Source: Eledone cirrhosa
Lineage: Eukaryota
Length of the DNA stretch: 64,000 nucleotides
Direction of reading: 5' to 3'
Assembly (NCBI GenBank): GCA_964016885.1
Contig: OZ024743.1
Coordinates: 324,880,001 to 324,944,000, forward strand
Shown here: piece by piece, positions 12,857-26,170 of the stretch
How positions within the stretch are numbered: the stretch's first letter is position 1
How the letters are laid out: each line of letters begins with the position of its first letter
Made by a program: the position numbers and the translations under genes
Notes under the pieces: model-generated
Told to the model about the DNA's origin: nothing
The model's database searches: none
What the model saw: the letters and a program-made list of their open reading frames with translations, nothing else

Positions 12857-13045
12857 GAATTTTTTAATATAAGGAACTGTTTCTTTGTTTTTATTCATTA
12901 TTTTTATTAATTTATCTTGACTCTGTTTTCCTGTGTTTTCCATTGAAAAAATTTTGAATACATCTTCTCTTTTCATGATATTTGGATTACATTGAGTTCT
13001 TCATACGAATTGGACACTACCGTATATTTTGGTAGATTTATCTAC

Positions 13046-13085
<40 letters not shown>

Positions 13086-13139
13086 TTTTTTTTTCCACGT
13101 TTTATATTTTGCATATATCTTTTCTTTTTCACCAACCTA

Positions 13140-13690
13140 TTCCTGAGAGGGGTGTGGGGACTGAGGAGTCCTCAAACACTCCTTCCAGCAGGTCCTGTCA
13201 GAAGCAACCATCTCAAGTGAGACCGGCCAAGCCCATGGATGTGATCCAACCATCTTTCTTGGGGTCTACCCCTGGAATAGACCCTAAGCAATTCTTTCCT
13301 GAGACATGTCTAACCACATGTCTGTCATATCAGAGCTGTAATCTCTCAATTCAAAGAAGTAGCAGTTCTACCAGAAGCAACTCTTTCATCTCCAAACTAT
13401 GCACTCTATTGAATAACATTACCCCAAAGACCTTTTTCAGGAACTTCATTTTGGCCGCTTTTATTCACAATCATTTACTTCTGGTTATTACCCAAGATTC
13501 ATGACCATAGGTAAAGGTTGGCACGAATACCAAATTGAAGATAGCGAGTTTGGCTTTTACACCTACCTCTCTTCTTTTAATTACTAAATGCTGAAGCTGG
13601 TGCATTACTGCACTAACTTCTGTAATTCTTGCACTTAATTCAGCCTCCTGCATTCCATGACCCGTGAACATGGTCCCAAGAAACTTCAGT
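13140..13690 (-). mobile_element. Decayed RTE (Expander-like) 3' fragment; relatives at 42230-42520(-) and ~340-590(-)
   Basis: KAKLAIFNLVFVPTFTYGHESWV; LLLRIERSQL.YYGHVVRMSQERI. Confidence 0.75.
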
Positions 13691-14469
13691 GGAAATCCAT
13701 TTATTTGTAGAGTGCACAGTGCAGCGGTCTTTGAGGGGACAAGTGTCTCAGTTTTTGCAGCACTGATATAAAGAATTTCTTACCTTCTCCACCCTTGTAA
13801 AATATACACATCCACAAAAAATAGCAGTAATGAACTTCGGTCTTTCACACTCAATACATATGTGTGTATGTGTGTGTGCCTGTACATGTGTATATGTACA
13901 TATATATATATATATATATATAGGACAGATATATACATATACATTGTTCTCAGCTTGTACAAGAATTCTGTCTCCAGTTATTTCCCCTAGGTACTTTGTA
14001 GAACTGACCACTCAACATTGACAGGATATTGACTATATATATATATAAGAAAAGAAGATGAAATCGAAAATGCAACTGGAGTCTTTTTTTTTTTAAATAT
14101 ATATATTTATTTGGTTCCTTTACTAGTTTCACAGTTCTTCTGCTTTTCAAAAGTAGAGTTGAGATGGAGGGTCTGTGGTTTTTCTCACATCTTTACTGGT
14201 TTCACAGTTCTAAATGTAAAGGAACCAAATAAATATATATATTTAAAAAAAAAAAGACTCCAGTTGCATTTTCGATTTCATCTGTTTTCCTTATCTTTCA
14301 CTCGTGTAGGACACCTCGGTTATTTTTCATTTTGTAAAAAAAACCTCACTTTCTAATATATATATCATCATCATCATTTTACGTCCGCTTTTCCCTGCTT
14401 GCAAGTGTGGGACGGGTCTTATTCAGCACACCATCTCTCCACTTGTCTGTATGTATGTATCTATGTATG

Positions 14470-15058
14470 CATGCCTGGTAACATGTATCCCAGTACAACC
14501 TATCTCATGGTTGGGTCGTTGGCGACTAAACTGGCAACCCCACCAAGGTTTCTTGGTGAGGAGGGTGACTTTGGACATCATGCAGGACTAAAAACAAAAC
14601 CTGTCAAAGTGCAAAGGAGCTCTTAAGAGTCAATGGCCATCCAAAATCACCGGGAGAGATGACCCCTTAGCCTTTGTCAAGGCAGAATTCTAGGAGAAGG
14701 AAAACTCTGATATAACACCTGCAACTCTGATGGTATCCAATGATGTTGACTTGTTCTTCTTTTTGGTAAATATCATCTTGGTTAGAGAGTGGGACTTTGT
14801 GCAGTGCCTTTGCTCACTATAAAAGCTTCACGGCACAGGCATTGCTTTATATCTGGAGATCTCTCTGCACTTGTCGTTACATGGTACCATGGGCCCAACA
14901 CTATGTGTCAATAATTGTCACAAGTGTAGTGTTTGTACCAGAGTTTTCAAGTCGCTGGCTGGACTAAAAAGTCACACTCGTTCAACGCATCGGTAGGGGT
15001 TCTCCTACATGGATATAAAGTAGTGGCCGTACTCGAAAACGAGTTGGCAGCCACCATG
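14470..15058 (+). mobile_element. ~600-bp non-autonomous bipartite RTE derivative (5'UTR-like part plus 3' zinc-finger end)
   Basis: Near-identical inverted copy at 9171-9779; the 3' part encodes CSVCTRVFKSLAGLKSHTRS(T/A)H; microsatellite tail. Confidence 0.75.
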
Positions 15059-15546
15059 TATGTATGCATTGATTCTGGCTGTCTGAAGTATAATATATTT
15101 TGATTTCTATTAATTCCCTAGGGAATTGTTTTACCAACTCTTTTGCTTAATTGTTTTATAATATTTTTATTCTTTCTCTAAGACTTCTGATATTTTCTAT
15201 AAAAGCAAAAGTTTTTGTTTCAAAATATTATTGTGGGCCCCTATCTGGGGCCCACATGCCATCTGGCAAGCTGATACTCAGGCCACTCTAAGATGGCTGA
15301 CTGAATATGCACATGCGTTTTTTTCTCATTTTCCTTCCACTTATCACTCTTTACTTTCTATTTATCTCTATTCCTAACTCTATCTTCTGGTGAAGGACTA
15401 GTATCCGGAATGTTCACACACGCTTCTTACTATTTCGAGCGTTAAACTAATATATTTCTTCCATATAATGTGCCGTTTGTTTTGTTATTTTTATTATTTC
15501 TGTTTACCTTTTACACACACATACACACAGACACACATATATATAC

Positions 15547-15593
<47 letters not shown>

Positions 15594-15829
15594 GTGTGTG
15601 TGTGTGTGTGTATATCATCATCATCATCATCATCATCTTTATTTAACATCCATCTTCCACGCTAGATGGGTTATATATATATATATTATATGTGTGTGTG
15701 TGTGTGTATAAGGCCTTTTTTTAGGGATACAATGAATCTACATGCAGGAAAATTAAGAAATATAACACATAGAAGACTGCCAAGATTACTGAAGGGTTGT
15801 CAGCATTAATTATTTATTGGTACTCCCAC

Positions 15830-16208
15830 ATACCACCACACAACATCCCTCCACCAAACAACCAACACACCATAGCACTACCACACCACTCCCACCTACA
15901 ACATCATCATCCCACCACCACATCCACCCATCACCACCACCACACCCATCATCTCCACACCCAGCACACCCACCCATCTCCACACCCACCCATCTCCACA
16001 CCCAGCACACCCACCCATCACCACCACCACACCCATCACCACCACACCCACCACCACCACCACACTCACCACCATACCCACCCACCATCACACCATAACT
16101 ATAACTGTGTGTCACCAAACGACACCATTACACCATACCACCGTACCATAACACCATCAAAATGCCATCAAACCACACCACCACCACACCATCATACCAC
16201 AACACCAT
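15830..16208. repeat. CAC/CCA-rich low-complexity tract next to the exon 2 donor; (CAC)n/(AAC)n also at 38395-38562
   Basis: Read directly from the sequence. Confidence 0.9.
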
Positions 16209-16214
16209 ACTTAC

Positions 16215-16357
16215 CTTGGGGGTAGAATAGAATTGAGGACCTCGTCGGTCTGCTGAGCAGACTTACTCTCTGTTATGGGTAACTTCTGTTTTGGTGGAGG
16301 ACTTGGAACTGGTCCTGCACATATCGGGGGTGATGTAGCTGCCCTCAGGTTCCGACC
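16215..16357 (-). CDS. DNALI1: DNALI1 coding exon 2: GRNLRAATSPPICAGPVPSPPPKQKLPITESKSAQQTDEVLNSILPP(R)
   Basis: CAG acceptor, GTAAG donor, 143 nt, phases 0/2 fit both neighbours; EVLNSILPPR matches the conserved EILNAILPPR. Confidence 0.92.
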
Positions 16358-16914
16358 CTGTCAAAACAACAATCACAACAGTTTCTCACACACTTGGTTC
16401 AAATAGACATCTAATGCTATGTGTAGATATATGTATATGTGTGTTTGTGTATTCAAATGTGTGTTTGTGCATTCATACATGTGTGTGTATTCATTTGTAT
16501 GTCTATGTGTGTATGTGTCATATGTGTGTGTTTGTATTTATGTGTGTCTGTTTTGTCATTAGAACTTATTAGTAACAAAAAAGAATTAGAGACTTGTATG
16601 TCTGCTGGCATCACAACTGGATGGTAATACATGACCAGCGACATATCCCTGTCATTGCATAACTGCACCTGGTCATTGTATGAGCATCTGATGAAGTCAC
16701 ATGCATAAACATGTAACAAAACTATATATCATGCAATAAAGCAACTATGGTGAAGTCACCCTGTGTTACCTATTTTTAATTAATAAATGAATACTCCATC
16801 GCTCCTAATCACCAACTTTTAGCTGGGATAAACTATTGATGTGAATTGCTTTTGGACCAATTGATCCAGCTTATCCTCACAAAGTTACAGTGTGACATCC
16901 ACATATAAGCACCT

Positions 16915-16958
<44 letters not shown>

Positions 16959-17249
16959 TTAAAGTAATTACCAAATACGTTTTTACATTAAATATTGATT
17001 TACGAACGTCTCGTCCCCTATTGGGACTTATTTATAAGTAAATATCTCATTATATGTCTCACCAAACATATTTGGTAATTACTTTAATGAATAATTTGCT
17101 TCATGCGTAATTATGATGTTTAACACAATATGATTTTGTACATATGCTTGTTTGAAAGATTTTGTACATATGCTTGTTTGAAAGATCTTTCAAAGAAGTA
17201 TGAAATATAGCTGTATTTTGAGTTGTTTTAACTTCTCCATCTACCTCCT

Positions 17250-17566
17250 TCCAATATCTTTTAATAACAGGAGGCTGGACTGGTGTAAATCCCTGAAAAG
17301 TTTATTACACCATGATCATTTCAATGACCGGGTTCCGTATGAATCCGGTGATATCATCAGGTATTCGAAATATAACAAAGGAATATATAAAATCCATGGG
17401 TCCGAAATCAGAGACAGAGAGGACGACTGACCAACTAGCTGCTTTCACCTCGGTCAGTCGCCCTCAAGTGATGACAACTCAGTCTACTAATGACCATCTG
17501 GTGAGGGGGCGAAGGCTTATAATGTACTACCACCTCTCCGTCAGAGAATAAAAAAAAGAGAAGAAA

Positions 17567-17616
<50 letters not shown>

Positions 17617-19420
17617 AGAAAAGTCAGCGTAAGGGTCACACTACAGTCATGCTAGAAGACGCCAGAAAAATGTTATTCCAAAGAACCCATATTTTAACAA
17701 AGGCATATATATGGGTGTCTGTATGGTCTAGTGTGTGAACAGAACGTTAACTTATGTTAAGAGTTATAGGATGAAATTAAATTATTAGAAAATTAATAGA
17801 AAATTAAAGGTTTGTGTTGCGAGATTTATTTAATGAAATTACAGAGAGAGTCTTATATGAAAAAGTTTAAGTGTATTATAGGGAATCTCGATAAGTTATC
17901 AAGGTGGGATATAGAGTAAAGATAAAAGCCTTCGATTGTAAATCCCAGCCAGCACCTCCTAACCACGTGTCAGCCAGTTTCGAGTGGTATCGTCTAGCGA
18001 AATAAATGGAAATTAATTTTTCCGAGTACTCTAGGAACTTAACTGCGATAGGCTCCAAGTATGCTGGCGGGGAGTCAACCAGCTTCTACAGGCCATCGTC
18101 TAAACCAAACAAATACTATTAATTCACACATGAGGGGTTTATTTACGTGCCAGTAGAGGCATGATACAGCTAACAGTTATGCCTAAGCCTAGAGTGTATA
18201 GGTATGAGTATAATGTGGTGGTCAAAACAGGCGGGACAGCGGGCCCTGGGGCAAATCGAGCCGCTCCGAGTAGTTTCGTTTACCGAAAGAGGGCAAAATT
18301 TATTTTTCCAAGCACTCAAGGAAGGCTGAACTTTCCGAGCGCCTGGCACACAGCCGGGAAATCCACCACATCAGTCAAAAGTAGTAAAACCCAATGAAAA
18401 GTGCCAATAGACTATAATTATTTTTATTTTTAAGTCCCAGTTAGTCCGGGTTATAAGTAGTGTGGTTCTTTGGTGGGTAGGGAGCTATGAATGTTGCATA
18501 ATGACCTGAGTAAGGAATAATAAGCAGAAAATCACAAATAAATAAAAGCAGGATACAAAGATAAAAATACAAAGATAAAAAATAAATAAAAAAATAAATA
18601 AAAAATACATTAATAAAAATACATTAATAAGGTAAAAAGTAAAAAGTAAAAAACATAAATAAAACGCCGTCATAGCTAGGGTAGTGATGTAGTAAGACGG
18701 AAATATATAAGAACATATCGGAGGAATCAAAGCAAAGGGGAAACACAAAATAGATCAAGTTGTAGTAAGATAATACAAGGTTGTACATATAAATATAGAG
18801 GATGGAAGAGATGGAATGGTATCAGGTGGTACCTAGTGTAAAGTTTGGGTCGCCGAATTCAGTGTGAGTTGCAAAAAAGTCCTGAGGTATAGAGTAGAGA
18901 ATTCAGTCAATACAATACATGTTTTAGTATAATATGTAGAGTTTTGTCGAAATCTGAATATTCCCGGCAAGAAAGCAGCATTGGATAGGGTGGGCGGTAG
19001 ACAAAGCACAGAGCAGCCAAAATCCGAATGGTAAGTAGATCAGTTAATTCCATGCAGTCAGTGCCGCTGTTCAATATTACATCTAGAAGTGTTCAACATT
19101 ATTGGAACATTATTTAGGTTTGTTGGTTCACCACTGGATAGAATTGGTCATTCCGTATGGTCAATCTTGATGTAATATTATGGAGAGTACTCAACGTAGT
19201 GCAGTTCACCCGTCTTCGTTTGCGTAGTTGGTGGTGCTAATACGGAGTTAATTATTATAAATAAAATAACAGGAAGCTGGACTGGTGTAAATCCCTGAAA
19301 AGTTTATTACACCATGATCATGTCAATGACCGGGTTCCGTATGAATCCGTATGACTGAGGTGAAAGCAGCTAGTTGGTCAGTCGTCCTCTCTGTCTCTGA
19401 TTTCAGACCAATAGATTTTA
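17250..19420 (-). mobile_element. Non-coding, hammerhead-bearing Penelope/retrozyme-like unit with direct terminal repeats and an inverted cap
   Basis: 17265-17348 is repeated at 19267-19349; 19352-19420 is the reverse complement of ~17388-17457; hammerhead in the repeat; no recognisable ORF inside. Confidence 0.6.
17307..17364 (-). ncRNA. Hammerhead fold with a non-canonical AUG triplet (probably inactive)
   Basis: ATAC-CTGATGA-TATCACCGG..CCGGTCATT-GAAA-T-GATC-A-TG-GTGT; G at position 17 violates the NUH rule. Confidence 0.7.
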
Positions 19421-19421
19421 T

Positions 19422-20270
19422 AGAGTCAGAACTGGATGGAAAAAGTTCAGAGAGCTTATACCACTATTAGCCGCTAAAGGGTTCTCCCTAAAAATGAAAG
19501 GCAGGTTGTATGATGCCTGCATACGAACAGCAATGTTGCATGGCAGTGAGACCTGGGCATTGTGTGCAGAGGATATATGCAGACTAGAGAGGAACGAAGC
19601 TTGCATGCTCCGCTGGATGTGTAATAGTAATATACGTGAACGGCAAAGCATAAACGAACTAAGGAAAAAATTAGAAATAAGAGGGATCAGATGTTGTTTA
19701 CTCGAGAGAAGGCTACGTTGGTATGGTCACGTGATGCGCATGAAAGACGACAGCTGTATAAAAAAGTGCAGGGCAATAAAGATAGATGGTAGCCACGGAG
19801 TAGGCAGACCCAGGAAAACCTGGGATGAGCTGATAAATTCCGACCTCACACACTTACACCTCTCCAAGACAATGTCACTGGACCGAGATCTTTGGCGGGT
19901 ACTCAGTAACAGAGAAGACCCGCCTTACCTAAATACAAAGTAAAACCTACTAGTCAGTAGGCATCTCTAACAAAATACACCCCCGTCCCACCCCATCCAC
20001 ACCGCCCCCTTCAATGCAAAGTTATGTTGGTGCCACAACATCCAGGCCGAAACAAACGAGATCGTGTAGGTGTCACGACAAAAAAAACACACAGTCCACG
20101 CTGTAATGTGGCCATGTAGGCAACACGGTAAAAACCTCCCAGTCCCACACTGTAAATGTGGTTGGTGTTAGGAAGGGCATCCAGCTGTAGAAATCATGCC
20201 AGAATCAGTTCCCGTCCCACCCTTGTAAGCAGGGAAAACGGACGTAAAATGAAATGATGATGATGATGAT
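19422..20270 (+). mobile_element. RTE-like LINE 3' fragment with a swapped terminal module
   Basis: ORF 19494-19943; last ~70 bp match the SINE tail at 7925-7985 rather than the other LINE copies. Confidence 0.9.
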
Positions 20271-22227
20271 AGATATATATTACATATAATTTGGAGTGAG
20301 GGTAATTTGTGTAATTAAGAATAAAAAGTGCTAAGGGAGATAATTGAAAGGTACCAATGAGATAAATTTGAATAATTAAGCTCAAAAGCGATGCACAGAC
20401 AATTGTTAGAAACTCTCAATGAGTAGAGGAAGCAATCCCAAGCGATGAAGAATAATAGATTTTATTTACGATGAAACATGTGGATGTACTTTTTATTAAG
20501 TTAGCCATTTGCAGAAATACAACACGTCCCAGTAAAGTATATGTATTTATTACGATATATTGATGCATCAAACTGTTGTTTGATTCAGTTTGTCTACATG
20601 ATATAAAGCTTTAAACATAAATTCATTAAGCAATGTTAAAGACACCTGGGCAGCACTTCTTGATGTGCTTCAAAAAGTAATATACATCATCACCATCACC
20701 ATCACCACCACCACTGCCACCATTAACATCATCATCATCGTCATCGTCACCATCGTCATCGTCACAACTCCCACCACCAACAGCTCCATTGTCATTTAAT
20801 GTCAGTTTTCCCTACTAGCAAGGGTTAGACATGTCATGACAGGCCAAGTCAGTACTTAATTAGAGATAGGTTCCATCAGCTTTAAATGCTTTAGGCATAC
20901 TGTATATCATAATAACACTCTTATAACTCTCTCATGATGGATAGATAAATAGATCATCATCATAATCATCATGTTACAGCCATTTTTCCTGCTGGCATGA
21001 GTTAGATGGGTTGTCCCAATCCAAGACCAGATGAGTCAGAGCAACCAATCTTGCTTGTTATGTTCCATACTTAGCACAGTTACTACAGCTGGAGGCCCTT
21101 CAGGGTATATTGGGTGTGTTTTTGTGATACAAGCACTATCACTTTACAAAGTGAACTGAGTGCATTTTATCCTGATATCTACACAAACAATTTAAAGAGT
21201 ATATGGGGTGAATATTATCATAGCATTAGCACTAGAGAGGTTGTCATATGTTTAGCCAGACTGAAGAGTCCTCTCAAACCTTACATTGTCTCTATTTGAT
21301 TGCCAAACACTATAACCACTGGTCTCTCACCATGTATACTTTTACTTTTAGTATTGTAGCCCTTGTACAGGAGGCCAGGTCTTTTGTATTATGGTACATC
21401 ACCAGTCAGTATGATAAATATATGTATGGAAAAATGACAGTTGATAGAATTACTACTGTACTCTGCATTGATGAAGAATGGATAGACAGAAAATTATTTA
21501 AAACTCTAACAAGCTGAAGAAAGAAAATTGGTGTACAAAACTTCAACAAGTCTTTGTGAAGTTTCTTCAATAAATTGAGGGTGTTAACATAATACTGTTA
21601 AACATAGAGAAGAAAATAAAAGTTTCAATTCAGGAAAAGTACTACTATGTAATATTGATTTTTGTGCTTTAACAAGGCATACAGCCAATTTAGTTTGCAG
21701 TTTGGGATTTAAATGATTGGAAGAATGTATATTTGTTGGCACTTATTTAATTGATTGCAAACAGATGAGATTTAATGTTGTCTCTGGTGAGTTTGTAATT
21801 CAGAATGGGAAGGAACAAGACTTAAATATTTCACGTCATTTAGTGTAGTACTATCATCATCATCACCACCACCATCACCACCAACACCAACACAACCATC
21901 AACATCCTCATCATCATCATCATCATTTTATGTCAGCTTTCTATACTGGCATGCATTGGACAGGTTGTCACAGCCTGCGACCAGTTGGGTCAGACAACCC
22001 AATTTTGCTCATTACATTCAATATTTAGCATGGTTTCTACATCTGGATGCCTTTTCTAATGCCAACCACATAATAGGGTGTATTGAGTGCATTTTACTGT
22101 GGCACCAACACAGACACTTTACAGGGGGCAGTGGGGTCAGTTTATTGTAGCAACAGTACTAGAGAGGTTTTCACATGCTATGCAATCTTTTCAGAGCCTA
22201 CAATGTCTCCATTCAATTACCAAACAG

Positions 22228-25200
22228 TATATGACATATCACCAGTCAGCTCAGTCCTGTGTCATATAGTATAACATATTGCCAGTCAGCTCAGTCCTGT
22301 GTCATATATTATGACATATCACCTGTCAGCTCAGTCCTGTGTCATATATTATGACATATCACCAGTCAGCTCAGTCATGTGTCATATATTATGACATATC
22401 ACCTGTCAGCTCAGTCCTGTGTCATATATTATGACATATCACCAGTCAGCTCAGTCCTGTGTCATATATTATGACATATCACCAGTCAGCTCAGTCCTGT
22501 GTCATATATTATGACATATCACCAGTCATCTCAGTCCTATATCATATATTATGACATATCACCAGTCAGCTCAGTCCTGTGTCACATATTATGACATATC
22601 ACCAGTCAGCTCAGTTCTATGTCATATATTATGACATATCACAAGTCATCTCAGTCCTATATCATATATTATGACATATCACCAGTCAGCTCAGTCCTGT
22701 GTCATATAGTATGACATATCACCAGTCAGCTCAGTCCTGTGTCATATATTATGACATATCACAAGTCATCTCAGTCCTATATCATATATTATGACATATC
22801 ACAAGTCAGCTCAGTCCTGTGTCATATATTATGACATATCACCAGTCAGCTCAGTCCTGTGTCATATAGTATGACATATTGCCAGTCAGCTCAGTCTTGT
22901 GTCATATATTATGACATATCACCAGTCAGCTCAGTCCTGTGTCATATATTATGACATATCACCAGCCAGCGCAGTTCTATGTCATATATTATGACATATC
23001 ACCAGTCAGCTCAGTCCTATGTCATATAGTATGACATATCCGCTGTCAACTCAGTCCTGTGTCATATATTATGACATATCACCAGTCAGCTCAGTCCTAT
23101 GTCATATATTATGACATATCACCAGTCAGCTCAGTCCTGTGTCATATAGTATGACATATCCGCTGTCAGCTCAGTCCTGTGTCATATATTATGACATATC
23201 ACCAGTCAGCTCAGTCCTATGTCATATATTAGGACATATCACCTGTCAGCTCAGTCCAGTGTCATATATTATGACATATCACCAGTCAGCTCAGTCCTGT
23301 GTCATATAGTATAACATATCACCTGTCAGCTCAGTCCTGTGTCATATATTATGACATATCACCAGTCAGCTCAGTCCTGTGTCATATATTATGACATATC
23401 ACCTGTCAGCTCAGTCCTGTGTCATATATTATGACATATCACCAGTCAGCTCAGTCATGTGTCATATATTATGACATATCACCTGTCAGCTCAGTCCTGT
23501 GTCATATATTATGACATATCACCAGTCAGCTCAGTCCTGTGTCATATATTATGACATATCACCAGTCAGCTCAGTCCTGTGTCATATATTATGACATATC
23601 ACCAGTCATCTCAGTCCTATATCATATATTATGACATATCACCAGTCAGCTCAGTCCTGTGTCACATATTATGACATATCACCAGTCAGCTCAGTTCTAT
23701 GTCATATATTATGACATATCACCAGTCAGCTCAGACCTGTGTCATATATTATGACATATCAGCAGTCAGCTCAGACCTGTGTCATATATTATGACATATC
23801 ACCTGTCAGCTCAGTCCTGTGTCATACATTATGATATATCACCTGTCAGCTCAGTCCTGTGTCATATATTATGACATATCACCAGTCAGCTCAGTCCTGT
23901 GTCATATATTATGACATATCACCAGCCAGCTCAGTTCTATGTCATATATTATGACATATCACCAGTCAGCTCAGACCTGTGTCATATATTATGACATATC
24001 ACCAGTCAGCTCAGACCTGTGTCATATATTATGACATATCACCTGTCAGCTCAGTCCTGTGTCATATATTATGACATATCACCAGTCATCTCAGTCCTAT
24101 GTCATATATTATGACATATCACCAGTCACCTCAGTCCTGTGTCATATAGTATGACATATCACCAGTCAGCTCAGTCCTGTGTCATGTATTATGACATATC
24201 ACCAGTCACCTCAGACCTGTGTCATATATTATGACATATCACCAGTCAGCTCAGCCCTATGTCATATATTATGACATATCACCAGTCAGCTCAGTCCTGT
24301 GTCATATATTATGACATATCACCAGTCAGCTCAGTCCTGTGTCATATATTATGACATATCACCAGTCACCTCAGTCCTGTGTCATATAGTATGACATATC
24401 ACCAGTCAGCTCTGTCCTGTGTCATATATTATGACATATCACCAGTCAGCTCAGTCCTGTGTCATATATTATGACATATCACAAGTCATCTCAGTCCTAT
24501 ATCATATATTATGACATATCACCAGTCAGCTCAGTCCTGTGTCATATAGTATGACATATCACCAGTCAGCTCAGTCCTGTGTCATATATTATGACATATC
24601 ACAAGTCATCTCAGTCCTATATCATATATTATGACATATCACAAGTCAGCTCAGTCCTGTGTCATATATTATGACATATCACCAGTCAGCTCAGTCCTGT
24701 GTCATATAGTATGACATATTGCCAGTCAGCTCAGTCCTGTGTCATATATTATGACATATCACCAGTCAGCTCAGTCCTGTGTCATATATTATGACATATC
24801 ACCAGCCAGCGCAGTTCTATGTCATATATTATGACATATCACCAGTCAGCTCAGACCTGTGTCATATATTATGACATATCACCTGTCAGCTCAGTCCTGT
24901 GTCATATATTATGACATATCACCAGTCAGCTCAGTTCTATGTCATATATTATGACATATCACCAGTCAGCTCAGACCTGTGTCATATATTATGACATATC
25001 ACCAGTCAGCTCAGTCCTATGTCATATATTATGACATATCACCTGTCAGCTCAGTCCTGTGTCATATATTATGACATATCACCAGTCAGCTCAGTCCTGT
25101 GTCATATAGTATGACATATCACCAGTCAGCTCAGTCCTGTGTCCTGTATTATGACATATCACCTGTCAGCTCAGTCCTGTGTCATATATTATGACATATC

Positions 25201-26170
25201 ACCAGCCAGCTCAGTCCTGTGTCATATATTATGACATATCACCTGTCAGCTCAGTCCTGTGTCATATATTATGACATATCACCAGTCAGCTCAGTCCTGT
25301 GTCATATATTATGACATATCACCAGTCAGCTCAGTCCTGTGTCATATATTATGACATATCAACAGTCAGCTCAGTCCTGTGTCATGTATTATGACATTTT
25401 ACCAGTCAGCTCAGTCCTGTGTCATGTATTATGACACTTTACCAGTCAGCTCAGTCCTGTGTCATATATTATGACATTTTACCAGTCAGCTCAGTCCTGT
25501 GTCATGTATTATGACATATCACCAGTCAGCTCAGTCCTGTGTCATATATTATGACATATCACCAGTCAGCTCAGTCCTGTGTCATATATTATGACATATC
25601 ACCAGTCAACTCAGTCATGTGTCATATATTATGACATATCACCAGCCAGCTCAGTCCTGTGTCATATATTATGACATATCACCAGTCAGCTCAGTCCTGT
25701 GTCATATATTATGACATATCACCAGCCAGCTCAGTCCTGTGTCATATATTATGACATATCACCAGTCAGCTCAGTCCTGTGTCATATAGTATGACCTATC
25801 ACCTGTCAGCTCAGTCCTGTGTCCTGTATTATGACATATCACCAGTCAGCTCAGTCCTGTGTCATATATTATGACATATCACCAGCCAGCTCAGTCCTGT
25901 GTCATATATTATGACATATCACCAGTCAGCTCAGTCCTGTGTCATATATTATGACATATCACCAGTCAGCTCAGTCCTGTGTCCTGTATTATGACATATC
26001 ACCAGTCAGCTCAGTCCTGTGTCATATATTATGACATATCACCAGCCAGCTCAATCCTGTGTCATATATTATGACATATCACCAGCCAGCTCAGTCCTGT
26101 GTGATGTATCATGTTATATTGCCAGCCAGCTCAGTCCTGTGTAGTTAATTATGGTATATTGCCAGCTAGC
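22228..26170. repeat. 40-bp tandem satellite, ~98 units (ATGACATATCACCAGTCAGCTCAGTCCTGTGTCATATATT)
   Basis: Strict 40-nt period; degenerate copies at ~61090-61272 and 61862-61950. Confidence 0.98.

Noticed and set aside
22228-26170. CRISPR-like array (palindromic repeat, regular period)
   Set aside because: No unique spacers, no cas genes, and it lies in a eukaryotic intron; it is a plain tandem satellite
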